DNA of 52,258 nucleotides. Origin: a virus. Taxonomy: Duplodnaviria > Heunggongvirae > Uroviricota > Caudoviricetes. The notes beneath the pieces are model-generated. The model was not told where the DNA came from and did not search any database. It worked only from the letters and a program-made list of their open reading frames with translations. Position numbers and translations under genes: made by a program. This document shows positions 34,951-43,993 of this stretch, piece by piece; the stretch's first letter is position 1, and every line of letters begins with the position of its first letter. The stretch is taken from IMG/VR virus record IMGVR_UViG_2721755660_000011; one strand, 5' to 3'.

Positions 34951-35397
34951 ATGAATAAAATGACTGTATTATTACTTAGCGCAACTATCATTTCAGGTTG
35001 TACTTCTTCCGTACCATTGATAAAGAAAACTCAATCAGGAAAACCTGAGGGGGTTTATCAAAATACGACAAAAGATAAAGTCAAAGATGCCCTTGTGAAT
35101 TACTGCAATAGTAGAGGGTTGATAATTTACAACGCGGATAACAGCAGTGTTATATGTGGTAAAGAACTGGAAGGCGGGTCTGCTGTTTTTGGACAAATGT
35201 TAATCGGCAATGCCTATTCAACAACCCCGGTATCAAAAGTCAGATTTACTATCGCTCAAGTTAATAACGATACAAAAGTGTGGGCCGATATGTGGATGGA
35301 AACTCAAATGGCAATGGGGCAAGTACAACAAATGGCTATAACAGACAACGCAAGCAAAAACACTATCCAACAACGTCTTGATGAATTAAAACCTTAA
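34951..35397 (+). CDS. Lipoprotein (moron), opposite strand to flanking phage genes
   Basis: 148 aa; signal peptide with lipobox IISGC (MNKMTVLLLSATIISGCTSS); AT-rich flanks; sits between Q and the late operon on the opposite strand. Confidence 0.6.
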   Translation: MNKMTVLLLSATIISGCTSSVPLIKKTQSGKPEGVYQNTTKDKVKDALVNYCNSRGLIIYNADNSSVICGKELEGGSAVFGQMLIGNAYSTTPVSKVRFTIAQVNNDTKVWADMWMETQMAMGQVQQMAITDNASKNTIQQRLDELKP

Positions 35398-35417
35398 GTA
35401 AATTAATTAAATAAAAT

Positions 35418-35440
35418 GGGGAGAAATAAATCGACTCCCC
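35418..35440. terminator. Hairpin between convergent lipoprotein gene and Q (likely terminator for minus-strand early transcript)
   Basis: ggggag ... ctcccc inverted repeat with 11 nt loop; T-rich on the minus-strand downstream side. Confidence 0.45.
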
Positions 35441-35482
35441 ACACATTAAACTGATTCAATTACCCCCTCAATAAGAGGTCTT

Positions 35483-35848
35483 CTAACGATCCATCTCTAG
35501 CTCAATTTCTAACATCATTAACATGCCATCAACTACACCTTCAGCCTTTTGCAATAAACGCCCAACCCAGCAATCAGAACGCCCATGTTTACGGGCAAGC
35601 GCCATAAACGTCATACCACCTACATAATAATCCACTAATAAATCGTGCAAATCGCTGTTGTTCTTTTTCAGGCGAGCCATGCACCCACAAATGATCATCG
35701 CGTCATCGTCACAACATTGCGGGCGGGATTTTACTTTTGAAGGGATTAGTCCTTTAAATCCTGCAGCAATAGACGACCAGGTGACATCCTCGTGATTATT
35801 TGCCACCCATGCCCCCCAACGTTCAAGAACCATTTGAATATCACGCAT
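35483..35848 (-). CDS. Q: Late gene antiterminator Q (QuuD-like)
   Basis: [74 protein letters not shown] matches my recollection of DLP12 QuuD; start placed at internal Met of ORF 35483..35863. Confidence 0.8.
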   Translation of the reverse strand: MRDIQMVLERWGAWVANNHEDVTWSSIAAGFKGLIPSKVKSRPQCCDDDAMIICGCMARLKKNNSDLHDLLVDYYVGGMTFMALARKHGRSDCWVGRLLQKAEGVVDGMLMMLEIELEMDR

Positions 35849-35865
35849 CAACTTTCTCCACAAAA

Positions 35866-36855
35866 TCAGGCCAGAACGCCAATTGCCAGCGCACGATCGA
35901 TAAAACGAAATATCAGCTCCAGCTGGGAGCCATACTTCTCTTCAAATGCCACGGTATCCGCATGCAGCTCGTCGTGATGCTTTCTGCACAAAGGCAACAC
36001 AAAAAGGTCATGCGCTTTTGTTCCCATTCCACCCTGACCGTGACCTATCAGGTGGTGGGGATCATCAGCAGGCTTTCCACAACATGCACACGGCTGTGTC
36101 TTAACCCAGCGCGTGTACTTTTCATTAACCCAGCGGCGACGTTTGGGGCGTAACATAAAAGACTCCGGCGACTCCGGATCCACTTTCAGCGCCAGCACCT
36201 TTTTCGCTTTATCCTGGATGATGCTGGTGGCAGGAACCGAAGGCACAAGGTCACACTCCCGGGTGACAGACGGCACAACAGGCGTCGGTAATCTCAGTGC
36301 CTTACGGGCTGCACTTTCCGGTAAGGCATCCGCCAGGTCATTACGAGCCAGCCACCAGCATAGTTCCGGCATTGTCACAACGTGACTGTCATCAAAACCG
36401 AGATCCCGACGCACGACAGATAACACCCACCGGGCACAGTTATCCGTTGCCATTGATTCCAGCCGTTCCGTGAACTGATCGCGCAGCTGGTTATCGCAGT
36501 GCCAGCACAGACGGATTGCGCCCGGAGCGTGTCGCATTGTGGTCATATTCTCGCTGTGCCAGTCGGAATGAGGCCACTGGCAGCCTTTTTCACGAAGTAA
36601 CCAGCGTTCAAGACATTCCACGCCACCAGCACGACGGATTACCGCCTCATTGCGGAACATAGCCCGAACGGCAGGATCATCCGCCAGCGGTTGTGATGCC
36701 GCCGGAACGGCACCACTGGCAAAAGATGAATAACGTTCCGGCTCAGGCTCCAGCAGGACACGCCCCTGCATAAACAGGGGCATCAGTTCTGAACCGGGTC
36801 TGAACAATACGATCCCCATACGTGGGGCAATTTCAGGGGTCAGTAGTGCTCTCAA
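35866..36855 (-). CDS. DUF968-like phage protein (YdfU-like), Cys/His-rich C-terminus
   Basis: 329 aa; adjacent to Q as ydfU is adjacent to quuQ in Qin; C-terminal C..CC and HH..H..GG motifs suggest metal-binding, possibly HNH-like. Confidence 0.5.
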   Translation of the reverse strand: MRALLTPEIAPRMGIVLFRPGSELMPLFMQGRVLLEPEPERYSSFASGAVPAASQPLADDPAVRAMFRNEAVIRRAGGVECLERWLLREKGCQWPHSDWHSENMTTMRHAPGAIRLCWHCDNQLRDQFTERLESMATDNCARWVLSVVRRDLGFDDSHVVTMPELCWWLARNDLADALPESAARKALRLPTPVVPSVTRECDLVPSVPATSIIQDKAKKVLALKVDPESPESFMLRPKRRRWVNEKYTRWVKTQPCACCGKPADDPHHLIGHGQGGMGTKAHDLFVLPLCRKHHDELHADTVAFEEKYGSQLELIFRFIDRALAIGVLA

Positions 36856-36864
36856 CGTAGAACC

Positions 36865-37380
36865 TCACAGCACAATCTGTTTCAGTTTCTGTACCGCTTT
36901 CCCCATATCCGCCATAGCATCAACAAACTCATCAAATTTACGACTTGCCATTCCATACGCCTGGAGGATTTCCAGTTTCAGAGGATCCAGTTGCTTTTTA
37001 ATTTCCGCACGATCATTAAATTTCTTCTCTGCTTCTTCCGCAGCCCTGATCAGCTCCTCAGCATGCCTGCGTAATTCATCCGGAGTAACGGTCTTTTTAA
37101 TCACAACGGGTTCCTCTGTTTTTACTGGTATTTCACTATTTACTGCCTGATGTCCAAATTTAGGATGATGTAACGTTGTAGTTCTTCCATCATTCACAAC
37201 GACCAGAAGTCCACTGTCGCGGATAATGCCAATGAGTATCTCCTTATCCCTTTTATTCAGCAGACTGTACGCCTGCACTTTCTGTGATATCTGGGTCAGT
37301 GTTGCGCCTTCCGGCATTCGTTCAACAAAACGTTTAACCCTGGATAAAACTGGCTGCAGATGGGGTGGTGTAATTCTCAT
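36865..37380 (-). CDS. Hypothetical protein (N-terminal winged-helix-like, C-terminal coiled coil)
   Basis: 171 aa ORF in nin-like region; no confident family. Confidence 0.4.
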   Translation of the reverse strand: MRITPPHLQPVLSRVKRFVERMPEGATLTQISQKVQAYSLLNKRDKEILIGIIRDSGLLVVVNDGRTTTLHHPKFGHQAVNSEIPVKTEEPVVIKKTVTPDELRRHAEELIRAAEEAEKKFNDRAEIKKQLDPLKLEILQAYGMASRKFDEFVDAMADMGKAVQKLKQIVL

Positions 37381-37395
37381 GCTCCACGCCTCCCA

Positions 37396-38307
37396 TCAGT
37401 GAACGGTATCGAGCAGCTTTAACAGCTCAGGGAATCGGGATTCGAAGAAATGCGGCTGCGTCTCGCGCGGATTTGCAGGACTGGTGATGTTCTTGCCGAA
37501 CATGCAGCCTTTCGCCGTCAGCGACCAGAATTTTTTGATGTTGTTAATCGCGGTACGGCTGTATCGTTCGCGTTGTTCAACGATCCCCAGCTTCGCCATC
37601 TGGTGATATGCCTGATTAGCCGTCAGGCGGATACCATACTGCTTCAGCAGTGCACTCAGCGACAGCGTAGGGCGGCTTGAACCATCTGGCGCATCAGCAG
37701 GTGCATCAATGGCATAGATCGGCATAAGTTCAGGAAGACCTGCTACCTTTGATAATTTCTGGTATGCACCAAGTTTCGAGGAGTTTGACAGATTTAGAGT
37801 CTTTGCTGCTGATTCAAGCAGAATGACCCCGGATTTAATTTTGTCGGATGTGGTTTCTTCTGGTGATGAATTATGAAGCGCATCAAAAGTACGTATCACT
37901 TTTAAGCTGAATGCCGGGCTGATCCACATTGCATATGCATAGACCAGCTCTTTACAGACATACGTCCCACCATTGCGCCCCTGAATGGTGATGACAGGAA
38001 TACTACGGGAATCTCCCGTAGTTTCTTCTTCCAGTAATTCCACAAGAGCCTTCGTTTCAGGACGACGCATAAACTCGTGAACTTCCAGCGAACGGGAGGA
38101 GCGATTCTCACCAGCGGCAAGAAGAGCAGCTTTCTGAAGGTCGTTAAGACAGTAGTTAGATTCAAAGTACTGGCGCACAGAAACGCCATCAATTACAAGC
38201 AACTGATTCATTGGTTTCTCCACAAATTTCGGGACTGCACTCCCTTTTCGTTGATGCAAGATGAACTTACTGCGATTTTTAATAGTTATCAAGGATACAC
38301 TGTTCAT
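37396..38307 (-). CDS. KilA-N domain-containing protein (putative antirepressor-like)
   Basis: 303 aa; segment NQLLVIDGVSVRQYFESNYCLNDLQKAALLAAGE resembles KilA-N domains; start could be internal Met at about 38211. Confidence 0.5.
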   Translation of the reverse strand: MNSVSLITIKNRSKFILHQRKGSAVPKFVEKPMNQLLVIDGVSVRQYFESNYCLNDLQKAALLAAGENRSSRSLEVHEFMRRPETKALVELLEEETTGDSRSIPVITIQGRNGGTYVCKELVYAYAMWISPAFSLKVIRTFDALHNSSPEETTSDKIKSGVILLESAAKTLNLSNSSKLGAYQKLSKVAGLPELMPIYAIDAPADAPDGSSRPTLSLSALLKQYGIRLTANQAYHQMAKLGIVEQRERYSRTAINNIKKFWSLTAKGCMFGKNITSPANPRETQPHFFESRFPELLKLLDTVH

Positions 38308-38480
38308 AAATACAGTATCTTTAACGAGGTAATACCCAAATTTAGGGTGTTGCTCAATTCCGTTACCGAGTTGCTAATTTGCAACTCGCTTTTTCGTACT
38401 TACTGATAGTGATCTCGACCTTACCTTCCGGGATAACCGGTCCCCACTCCACCAGCATTCTTTTCACCTGTCTGTCGTCT

Positions 38481-38490
38481 TCCCACACCC
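38481..38490. repeat. IS186 target site duplication, left copy (tcccacaccc)
   Basis: Identical 10 bp tcccacaccc flanks both ends of the IS186 element. Confidence 0.75.
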
Positions 38491-39829
38491 CATAAGCGCT
38501 AACTTAAGGGTTGAACCATCTGAAGAATGCGACGCCTCGGTGCCTCGTTAAGACGATGCCTCGCGTTCTTCAATTGCGTTTTGTAGGCTGTCAGGGATAC
38601 TGTCCCACGAATGGCCACCTGTAAGCTCCAGATGACCATTTTTGTTATTCTCCACAACGAGTTAGTTCTTCTTTTCGGATCCGGCACTTCTGGGGGGGAA
38701 ATCCAGCGATGGCTGGATTATGTCGTCAATTAAAAATGCGGCGAGTAGATTAGCAAATATCCACGCTTTCGCGAGTTCAGGTTCCTTTGCACGCAAAGCA
38801 TCCAGGTGCAGCAAACTTTTGAGCCGCTTAAAAGCCAGTTCAATTTGCCATCGCAGACGGTAACAATCAGCCACTTGCTCTGCTGAATATTCATCTTCCG
38901 GTAATGATGTTAGCAATAGCACATGGCCCGCTGCTTCCAGCGTTTCCGCCTGAACTACTCGTCCTTTTCGACGATTCTCGCTGAGCAGTCGGGTTTTACT
39001 GATTAATGCTTTTTCGGGAGGAAGTGATACGGCAATGAGACGTGCCGGAAAGGGAGCTCCGGCTTTTTTATTACCTGAATTGCCTATCATTACAGTGGTT
39101 TCACCGTTCTTACCGCAATCCAGCCCGCGCAGAAAACCCATCATGTCAAAGCGCATTCCTTCTGCAGTTAACCAGCGCAATCCTCGCCAGTGAACCCGGA
39201 CGATATAATCAGCTTCTCCAAAAGCAAGTGAGCGGATACATTCGGGACGCGAACCGAATCCCCGGTCAGCAATGCGTATCTCGTCTGCCGTTTGCGCAAA
39301 TCGGTCCAGCCGTTCAGCGTCTCTGCTGTCGGTTAGCTCAAAATCAGTGAACTGACAGGTATGAGGATCATATCCCATATGTAGTCGCCATTCAGCGCTG
39401 CCGCCCCCGGGCGCACTGATTGCTGTTCCATCGACAAGACGCAATCTCTTTCCGCTTGTACAACCCGTAACTGCGGCGCGTACAGCAAGTGTTTGTGCGG
39501 CAAGTATGCCAAACCAGTCGGCGGCATTCCGCAGCCGCTTCAGGAGAGCCACGTCAGATAATGTTGCAACGTCATGGAGCTGAGCCCATGCAGTGACTTC
39601 ACGTAATGACATCCCCCCGGGGCCGTAAGCCAGCCCCAGACGTAGCAGAGTTGCAGCATCACGAATTTCGCGGCGGCGGGTTAGAGCCCCGGCATTACGT
39701 GCCGAAGTATCCAGTTCTTCGGGCTTACCAATATGGGCCAGAATTGCTGACCAGTTATCGTGAGAGTAATTCATCGGCACGTTAAATCATATCAGGCGTA
39801 ATACCACAACCCTTAAGTTAGCGCTTATG
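38491..39829 (-). mobile_element. IS186 insertion sequence
   Basis: Terminal inverted repeats cataagcgctaacttaagggttg (38491..38513) and its reverse complement (39808..39829); 1339 bp; single transposase ORF; flanked by 10 bp direct repeat. Confidence 0.9.
38662..39780 (-). CDS. IS186 (IS4-family) transposase
   Basis: 372 aa ORF (MNYSHDNWSAILAHIGKPEELDTSARNAGALTRRREIRDAATLLRLGLAYG...) matches my recollection of IS186 transposase. Confidence 0.9.
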   Translation of the reverse strand: MPMNYSHDNWSAILAHIGKPEELDTSARNAGALTRRREIRDAATLLRLGLAYGPGGMSLREVTAWAQLHDVATLSDVALLKRLRNAADWFGILAAQTLAVRAAVTGCTSGKRLRLVDGTAISAPGGGSAEWRLHMGYDPHTCQFTDFELTDSRDAERLDRFAQTADEIRIADRGFGSRPECIRSLAFGEADYIVRVHWRGLRWLTAEGMRFDMMGFLRGLDCGKNGETTVMIGNSGNKKAGAPFPARLIAVSLPPEKALISKTRLLSENRRKGRVVQAETLEAAGHVLLLTSLPEDEYSAEQVADCYRLRWQIELAFKRLKSLLHLDALRAKEPELAKAWIFANLLAAFLIDDIIQPSLDFPPRSAGSEKKN

Positions 39830-39839
39830 TCCCACACCC
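39830..39839. repeat. IS186 target site duplication, right copy (tcccacaccc)
   Basis: See left copy. Confidence 0.75.
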
Positions 39840-40103
39840 CCGCGTGGGTCAGGGCGTCAAACAGCGCCTTGTTATAGTTGTCCAGATCGCGGATCCGGTT
39901 ATCCGGAGGAAACAACACGATCTCCACTGAAGCAGGTGCCGACGTTGGTTTCGGCAGACGACGTAACTGCTCAACTATTGCTGCGCACGCCGCGCTCTGG
40001 AATTTTCGCCCCGCCGCGCTTATCAGGCTCTTACCAGCAAACGCCCCTTTGTTGGGGTGTCGCCAGTACGTGTTCACGCTGGGCGGGAAAGGCAGTATTA
40101 GCT

Positions 40104-40463
40104 TCATACTTTCAGGCCCCTCTCATGTAACCAGTGGGTTGCACGCAGCCTGGCGTTTTCCTCACCGGCAAGCAGTGAGCGGATAATCCCGACCGCCTCG
40201 CTGTCGTCGTCCTTCACCGCGGTATGAAGCGTTATCCCCCGGGCCACACCACGCTTTATCGTGATGACGCCTTTTTTCTCCAGTGCGCGAAGATGCTCCA
40301 CCGCTGCATTCACTGAACGGTATCCCAGCATGGTTGCCACCTCCTGATTGGTTGGCGGGAAGCCACGTTCTTTCTGGTAAGAAATCAGCATATCCAGCAC
40401 CTGCTGCTGGCATTGAGTTAACGTCGTCATTAAGCCCCCACGTAATTGCCTGACAGATACCAC
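40104..40463 (-). CDS. LexA-N-terminal-like winged-helix DNA-binding protein
   Basis: 119 aa; segment QQQVLDMLISYQKERGFPPTNQEVATMLGYRSVNAAVEHLRALEKKGVI resembles the LexA DNA-binding domain; no peptidase domain. Confidence 0.5.
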   Translation of the reverse strand: MVSVRQLRGGLMTTLTQCQQQVLDMLISYQKERGFPPTNQEVATMLGYRSVNAAVEHLRALEKKGVITIKRGVARGITLHTAVKDDDSEAVGIIRSLLAGEENARLRATHWLHERGLKV

Positions 40464-40918
40464 TCTTCACCCGATGCAGCGCGCTTGCTGCTTTTCCGTA
40501 AGCACCGCTCACGACGCGCCAGAAAATTGTTTCGTTCTGGCTTGGAGTGGCTTTCACGGAATGCCGCCATCCACACGGTTGCAGCACGACGAAATAAGCC
40601 CCTGGACTCCAGTTCTTCCGCCTGGCGGGTCAGGCACAAAATCACCCGTGGATCGTTAGTGCCGACATAGAAATTGCGCACAGGTCTGGTTTCACGAACT
40701 GGTTGTGGTTCCGGCTCCTGCGCTCTCTCAGTCAGGCGTGGGAAATGTCTGCGTGTATCTCCTTCACAACGGTGAGCCACACGCCCACTCTGACGTAACT
40801 TGCTTGCTGACTGCAGAACGCGCTGTCGTGAGTAACCAGCAAAAGCATCCGCAATGTCTCCTGAAGTACACCCCGGATGGGCTTCAATGAATTTCTGAAC
40901 TTCATTCAAAAGACTCAT
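40430..40918 (-). CDS. Hypothetical regulator with PerC-like C-terminal motif
   Basis: 162 aa; C-terminal segment AEELESRGLFRRAATVWMAAF resembles the conserved PerC/Pch-family motif as I recall it; N-terminal winged-helix-like region. Low-confidence family call. Confidence 0.35.
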   Translation of the reverse strand: MSLLNEVQKFIEAHPGCTSGDIADAFAGYSRQRVLQSASKLRQSGRVAHRCEGDTRRHFPRLTERAQEPEPQPVRETRPVRNFYVGTNDPRVILCLTRQAEELESRGLFRRAATVWMAAFRESHSKPERNNFLARRERCLRKSSKRAASGEEWYLSGNYVGA

Positions 40919-41739
40919 AATCCCCCCCTGAATCCTGCCGGGATCTGGCTGTAGTCCACGTTGTCGTAACTGGCTTTGAAGTACGGGTCCTCGCGTCTGG
41001 CTGCAGATACCGCAGGAACTTCCCAGGATTCTTCGAAATGACGATCCGGACCAAAGAACGTGACAGCCTGTTTCACAAATTGTGTGCCGCTGTTACCCAT
41101 CGCAGATACCCAGCCCGCGTAGCGTTTCACACCTTCCAGCATGGTTTCGGGGTTTACCCCCTCATTCAAACGGGCTTTCCAGGCTTTGAAGGCTGCAGAT
41201 TTTGAATTGCCACCAGCACGTTTGGGATAGGCCAGCCATGCCTGCTCAAACTCCGGAGAGTATTCCGGTCGGTTTGAACGAACTCGCACAGACTCATCAG
41301 CAGATGCACCAACAGCTATTGGTTCATTGACTGGTTCTTTGACTGGTTCAAAAGAGTGACTGGTTCTGGGTGAATCTCCTGCACTACCCCCTGGTGCAAC
41401 TCCTGCACTACCTGGTGAATTTGCTGCACCAGATAGTGAATTATTTGCACTACCCCCTAGTGAATCTCCTGCACCATCAAGATGAAGGAGATAGATATTA
41501 CTTGAGTTACCTTTTTCACCTTTCCGGGTGACTTTTTTTACCAGCCCAGACTCACAAAGGGCCGCAATATGATTCATCACAGAACGTTTGCTAATCTCGC
41601 ACTGGTCAGCAATATGCTGGTAGCTGGGCCAGCACTCCCCCTGATCGCTGGCATTATCAGCCAGCTTGATCAGAACCAGTTTTCGCAATGGATTACCCAC
41701 TCGAATTTTCATCGCTTTAACCATCAGCTCCATACTCAT
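40915..41739 (-). CDS. Replication initiator (O-like, HTH N-terminus, internal repeat array)
   Basis: 274 aa; N-terminal HTH; central Gly/Ser/Ala-rich linker encoded by DNA repeats; position downstream of cro/cII-like genes matches lambda O. Confidence 0.6.
   Translation of the reverse strand: MSMELMVKAMKIRVGNPLRKLVLIKLADNASDQGECWPSYQHIADQCEISKRSVMNHIAALCESGLVKKVTRKGEKGNSSNIYLLHLDGAGDSLGGSANNSLSGAANSPGSAGVAPGGSAGDSPRTSHSFEPVKEPVNEPIAVGASADESVRVRSNRPEYSPEFEQAWLAYPKRAGGNSKSAAFKAWKARLNEGVNPETMLEGVKRYAGWVSAMGNSGTQFVKQAVTFFGPDRHFEESWEVPAVSAARREDPYFKASYDNVDYSQIPAGFRGGL
41369..41476. repeat. Iteron-like direct repeats inside replication initiator gene (putative ori)
   Basis: Four to five copies of a roughly 20-24 bp motif (tgcactacc...gtgaat...) e.g. 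gtgaatctcctgcac at 41369 and 41459, ctgcactacc repeated three times. Confidence 0.55.
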
Positions 41740-41960
41740 GCTGCACCTCCGAGATGCTTCATGTTTTTTCCGGAGCGAAAGGCTATAAGCGGCATACTGA
41801 CGCGGTAATTACGGCCCAGCGGTTCACAAATCACCTTCTGACATTCACGGTCAACCAGGCTAACACGTAGAACATGCCCTGCTGGCGTGGTGTACCACTG
41901 ACCGGGGAGAGGACAACGGAAAGTCTGATTGGTAAATCGTTTGAAAATATTCCGGATCAT
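41736..41960 (-). CDS. Hypothetical small protein (74 aa)
   Basis: ORF with ATGA start/stop overlaps to both neighbours (translational coupling). Confidence 0.4.
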   Translation of the reverse strand: MIRNIFKRFTNQTFRCPLPGQWYTTPAGHVLRVSLVDRECQKVICEPLGRNYRVSMPLIAFRSGKNMKHLGGAA

Positions 41961-43120
41961 TTACGCCCCCTTACCTCTGAAGAGTTCAGCGACGAATGAA
42001 TAAGACGGGCAAGAAATGCCGCATCGTTAATTCGGTCATACAGACTTACAGCCAGCGGTGATTCAGCTTTTTCCAGCATGGGATAAAGCTGCTGCAACCA
42101 GACCTGATGAATTGATGAAATGTAGGAATAGAGTACGCTGGCGTTATGTGCAACGTCGCTCGGTACAGCGGGCTTTGAAAGCTGTTTCTCCATCTGGTTA
42201 AAGGCATTGATGTATGCCTCCTTGAACTGGGCTGCACGTTTGCCAGTGAAGCCCATTGCCAAGAACGCGAAGCCGTCGCGGGTGATGTGGTAGCAAGGAA
42301 GTTTGCGAGTACCGCCGTTGGGCTGGTGTACCAAAATTGATGTCTCCGCAAAATTGCGGGCACAAAACTCTGGAGAACAATCCAAAATGCGGATCTTTTT
42401 CAGAACATCGTCATGACGTTTAGAGAAGAAGTCAGCAACAGCCAAAGAAGATGTAACAGCCTGACCATCAACGATGGCAATTTCAGGTTGAGAGAGGGTT
42501 GGGAGAGTAGTCATGGTGACAGCCCCGGTAGTCAGTTTTTCAGAAAACTCACCACATGGGACGCCAATCACAGAGGTGGTGAGACGTACAGGGTTGGCGT
42601 TACCGGAGACTACCGAACCCGGCCCGACCGAAGTCGGCCCTGTACGCCCCACCATAATTTGGGCGTAGCAATGCTCATGACACGAAAAAACCGCATGAGC
42701 GCGGTTATGCTCAGTAATCAATTTCAGGACGCCAATCCCGGCACCCGTTTTATAAGGTGCCTGAACAGTGTAACGTCCCGGAATGGCAGAATCAATGTGC
42801 TGGTGGTCCTTCACACTCAACAAAATCACGCCTGAATTTCCACAAAGGACTAAAGCACTCATGCGGGTAGTCTTTGCGAAGATAGATAACGCGCTGTGTA
42901 TCTGGTTCCCAACGAATAACATGGACATAAAGCCCTCTTCCGTCACGAAACCAGCGGTTAAGTTCCTGCACAACTCGCCCCCCACAGTCAGGTAAAGTTC
43001 TCTGTGGTTACTTACAGCCAGGTGATTTGGTAATCTGCATTCATGCCGTAACAACAGGAGTTCAGCGACGCTGACCACCAGCTGTTGCGACAAACGGTTA
43101 TTTGCCGTTAAACTGTTCAT
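41957..43120 (-). CDS. Rha-family (ORF6N domain) phage regulatory protein with unusual ~200 aa N-terminal extension
   Basis: 387 aa; residues from about 205 (EIAIVDGQAVTSSLAVADFFSKRHDDVLKKIRILD...) resemble Rha domain; ATG at 43120 overlaps upstream stop as ATGA, supporting the long form. Confidence 0.5.
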   Translation of the reverse strand: MNSLTANNRLSQQLVVSVAELLLLRHECRLPNHLAVSNHRELYLTVGGELCRNLTAGFVTEEGFMSMLFVGNQIHSALSIFAKTTRMSALVLCGNSGVILLSVKDHQHIDSAIPGRYTVQAPYKTGAGIGVLKLITEHNRAHAVFSCHEHCYAQIMVGRTGPTSVGPGSVVSGNANPVRLTTSVIGVPCGEFSEKLTTGAVTMTTLPTLSQPEIAIVDGQAVTSSLAVADFFSKRHDDVLKKIRILDCSPEFCARNFAETSILVHQPNGGTRKLPCYHITRDGFAFLAMGFTGKRAAQFKEAYINAFNQMEKQLSKPAVPSDVAHNASVLYSYISSIHQVWLQQLYPMLEKAESPLAVSLYDRINDAAFLARLIHSSLNSSEVRGRK

Positions 43121-43746
43121 GCGTTAGTTTCTCCACAGACACAAAACGCCACGACGCCCGGAGCTGCACACTCGCGGGCGTCACTCTTTTCTGGAGCGCA
43201 AAAGATTTTGTAGACCAGTGCTGCATGCTCCTGGAGCTTCGAAATTGACAGATACAACTCATCATTAATTGCTGTCTGCTCGTGTGGCTCCACTACCCCA
43301 TCTTCGATTGCCGAACGAATCTGCTTTGAGTAACTCCCGATCTGTTCGATGACTTCCAGCAGGCGCTGGTTTATATCGGCGTTCTCTACTTCCTCAATTT
43401 CAGGAAGCGATACGAACACCCCACCAGCAGACTGTGCGACAGCATCCGCAATGTAGTGAGTGCCAGCTGCGCGCTGTAAAACCATTGCCCATCCCAGCGG
43501 GAAAATCTGATCGCCATCGGCACGAAGGCGGTTAAATAATGCGTTCTCTGTTACATCCAGCCAGTCAGCAGCTTCAGCGTAACCACCCGGCAACGCCGCG
43601 ATAGTTTTTCTGACAGCTTTCACGTACCACTCAGGCTGTTTTTCTACTTTCCAGTGATGCTTACCCACGGTTAACTCCTCGTTTCTGTGGTTACGTTTAC
43701 GCAACTGAACCGCTAACTTTTGAATAGCACTCTGGTAATCCATCAT
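43117..43746 (-). CDS. CII-position regulatory protein (possibly YdaT-family)
   Basis: ORF directly downstream of cro; start uncertain (ORF track gives 43779; internal Met at 43746); family call by position. Confidence 0.35.
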   Translation of the reverse strand: MMDYQSAIQKLAVQLRKRNHRNEELTVGKHHWKVEKQPEWYVKAVRKTIAALPGGYAEAADWLDVTENALFNRLRADGDQIFPLGWAMVLQRAAGTHYIADAVAQSAGGVFVSLPEIEEVENADINQRLLEVIEQIGSYSKQIRSAIEDGVVEPHEQTAINDELYLSISKLQEHAALVYKIFCAPEKSDARECAAPGVVAFCVCGETNA

Positions 43747-43960
43747 TTGGATTTGGATAAATATCAGGACGCAGCTCATGGGGGGTTACGGACCAGTTCC
43801 CCAGCTCACAAAGTTGTAAAACTCGTTCCGACGGGACTTGATTGTTAATTACCCAATTAGCGACAGATTGAGTAGATTTAAAACCAAAGCGACGAGCTAC
43901 TTCAGATAAAGACTTTCCCGCAGCCTTTACTGCTTTCTCGGTGTAGTTTTGAGATGACAT
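43697..43960 (-). CDS. cro: Cro-like repressor (HTH)
   Basis: 87 aa HTH protein divergent from cI across an operator-containing intergenic region. Confidence 0.7.
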   Translation of the reverse strand: MSSQNYTEKAVKAAGKSLSEVARRFGFKSTQSVANWVINNQVPSERVLQLCELGNWSVTPHELRPDIYPNPNDGLPECYSKVSGSVA

Positions 43961-43993
43961 ATCTTTCTCCTCTGAAATCCAGAGGGGATAATG

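Larger units (their letters stand above)
38363..40107 (-). pseudogene. rusA: rusA-like Holliday junction resolvase gene interrupted by IS186
   Basis: 5' part 39840..40107 (MKLILPFPPSVNTYWRH...DLDNYNKALFDALTHAGVW) and in-frame continuation 38363..38490 (EDDRQVKRMLVEWGPVIPEGKVEITISKYEKASCKLATR) resume across the insertion once one copy of the 10 bp duplication is removed. Confidence 0.7.

Noticed and set aside
42515-43120. Possible structured noncoding RNA (UUCG-looped hairpin gggccgacttcggtcgggcc nested in an 8 bp helix gtacaggg/ccctgtac) instead of coding sequence
   Set aside because: The region is in frame with the Rha domain with no stop, and its ATG overlaps the upstream stop as ATGA, so coding is more parsimonious; inverted repeats of this size are expected by chance in 50 kb. 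Covariation analysis could reopen it.
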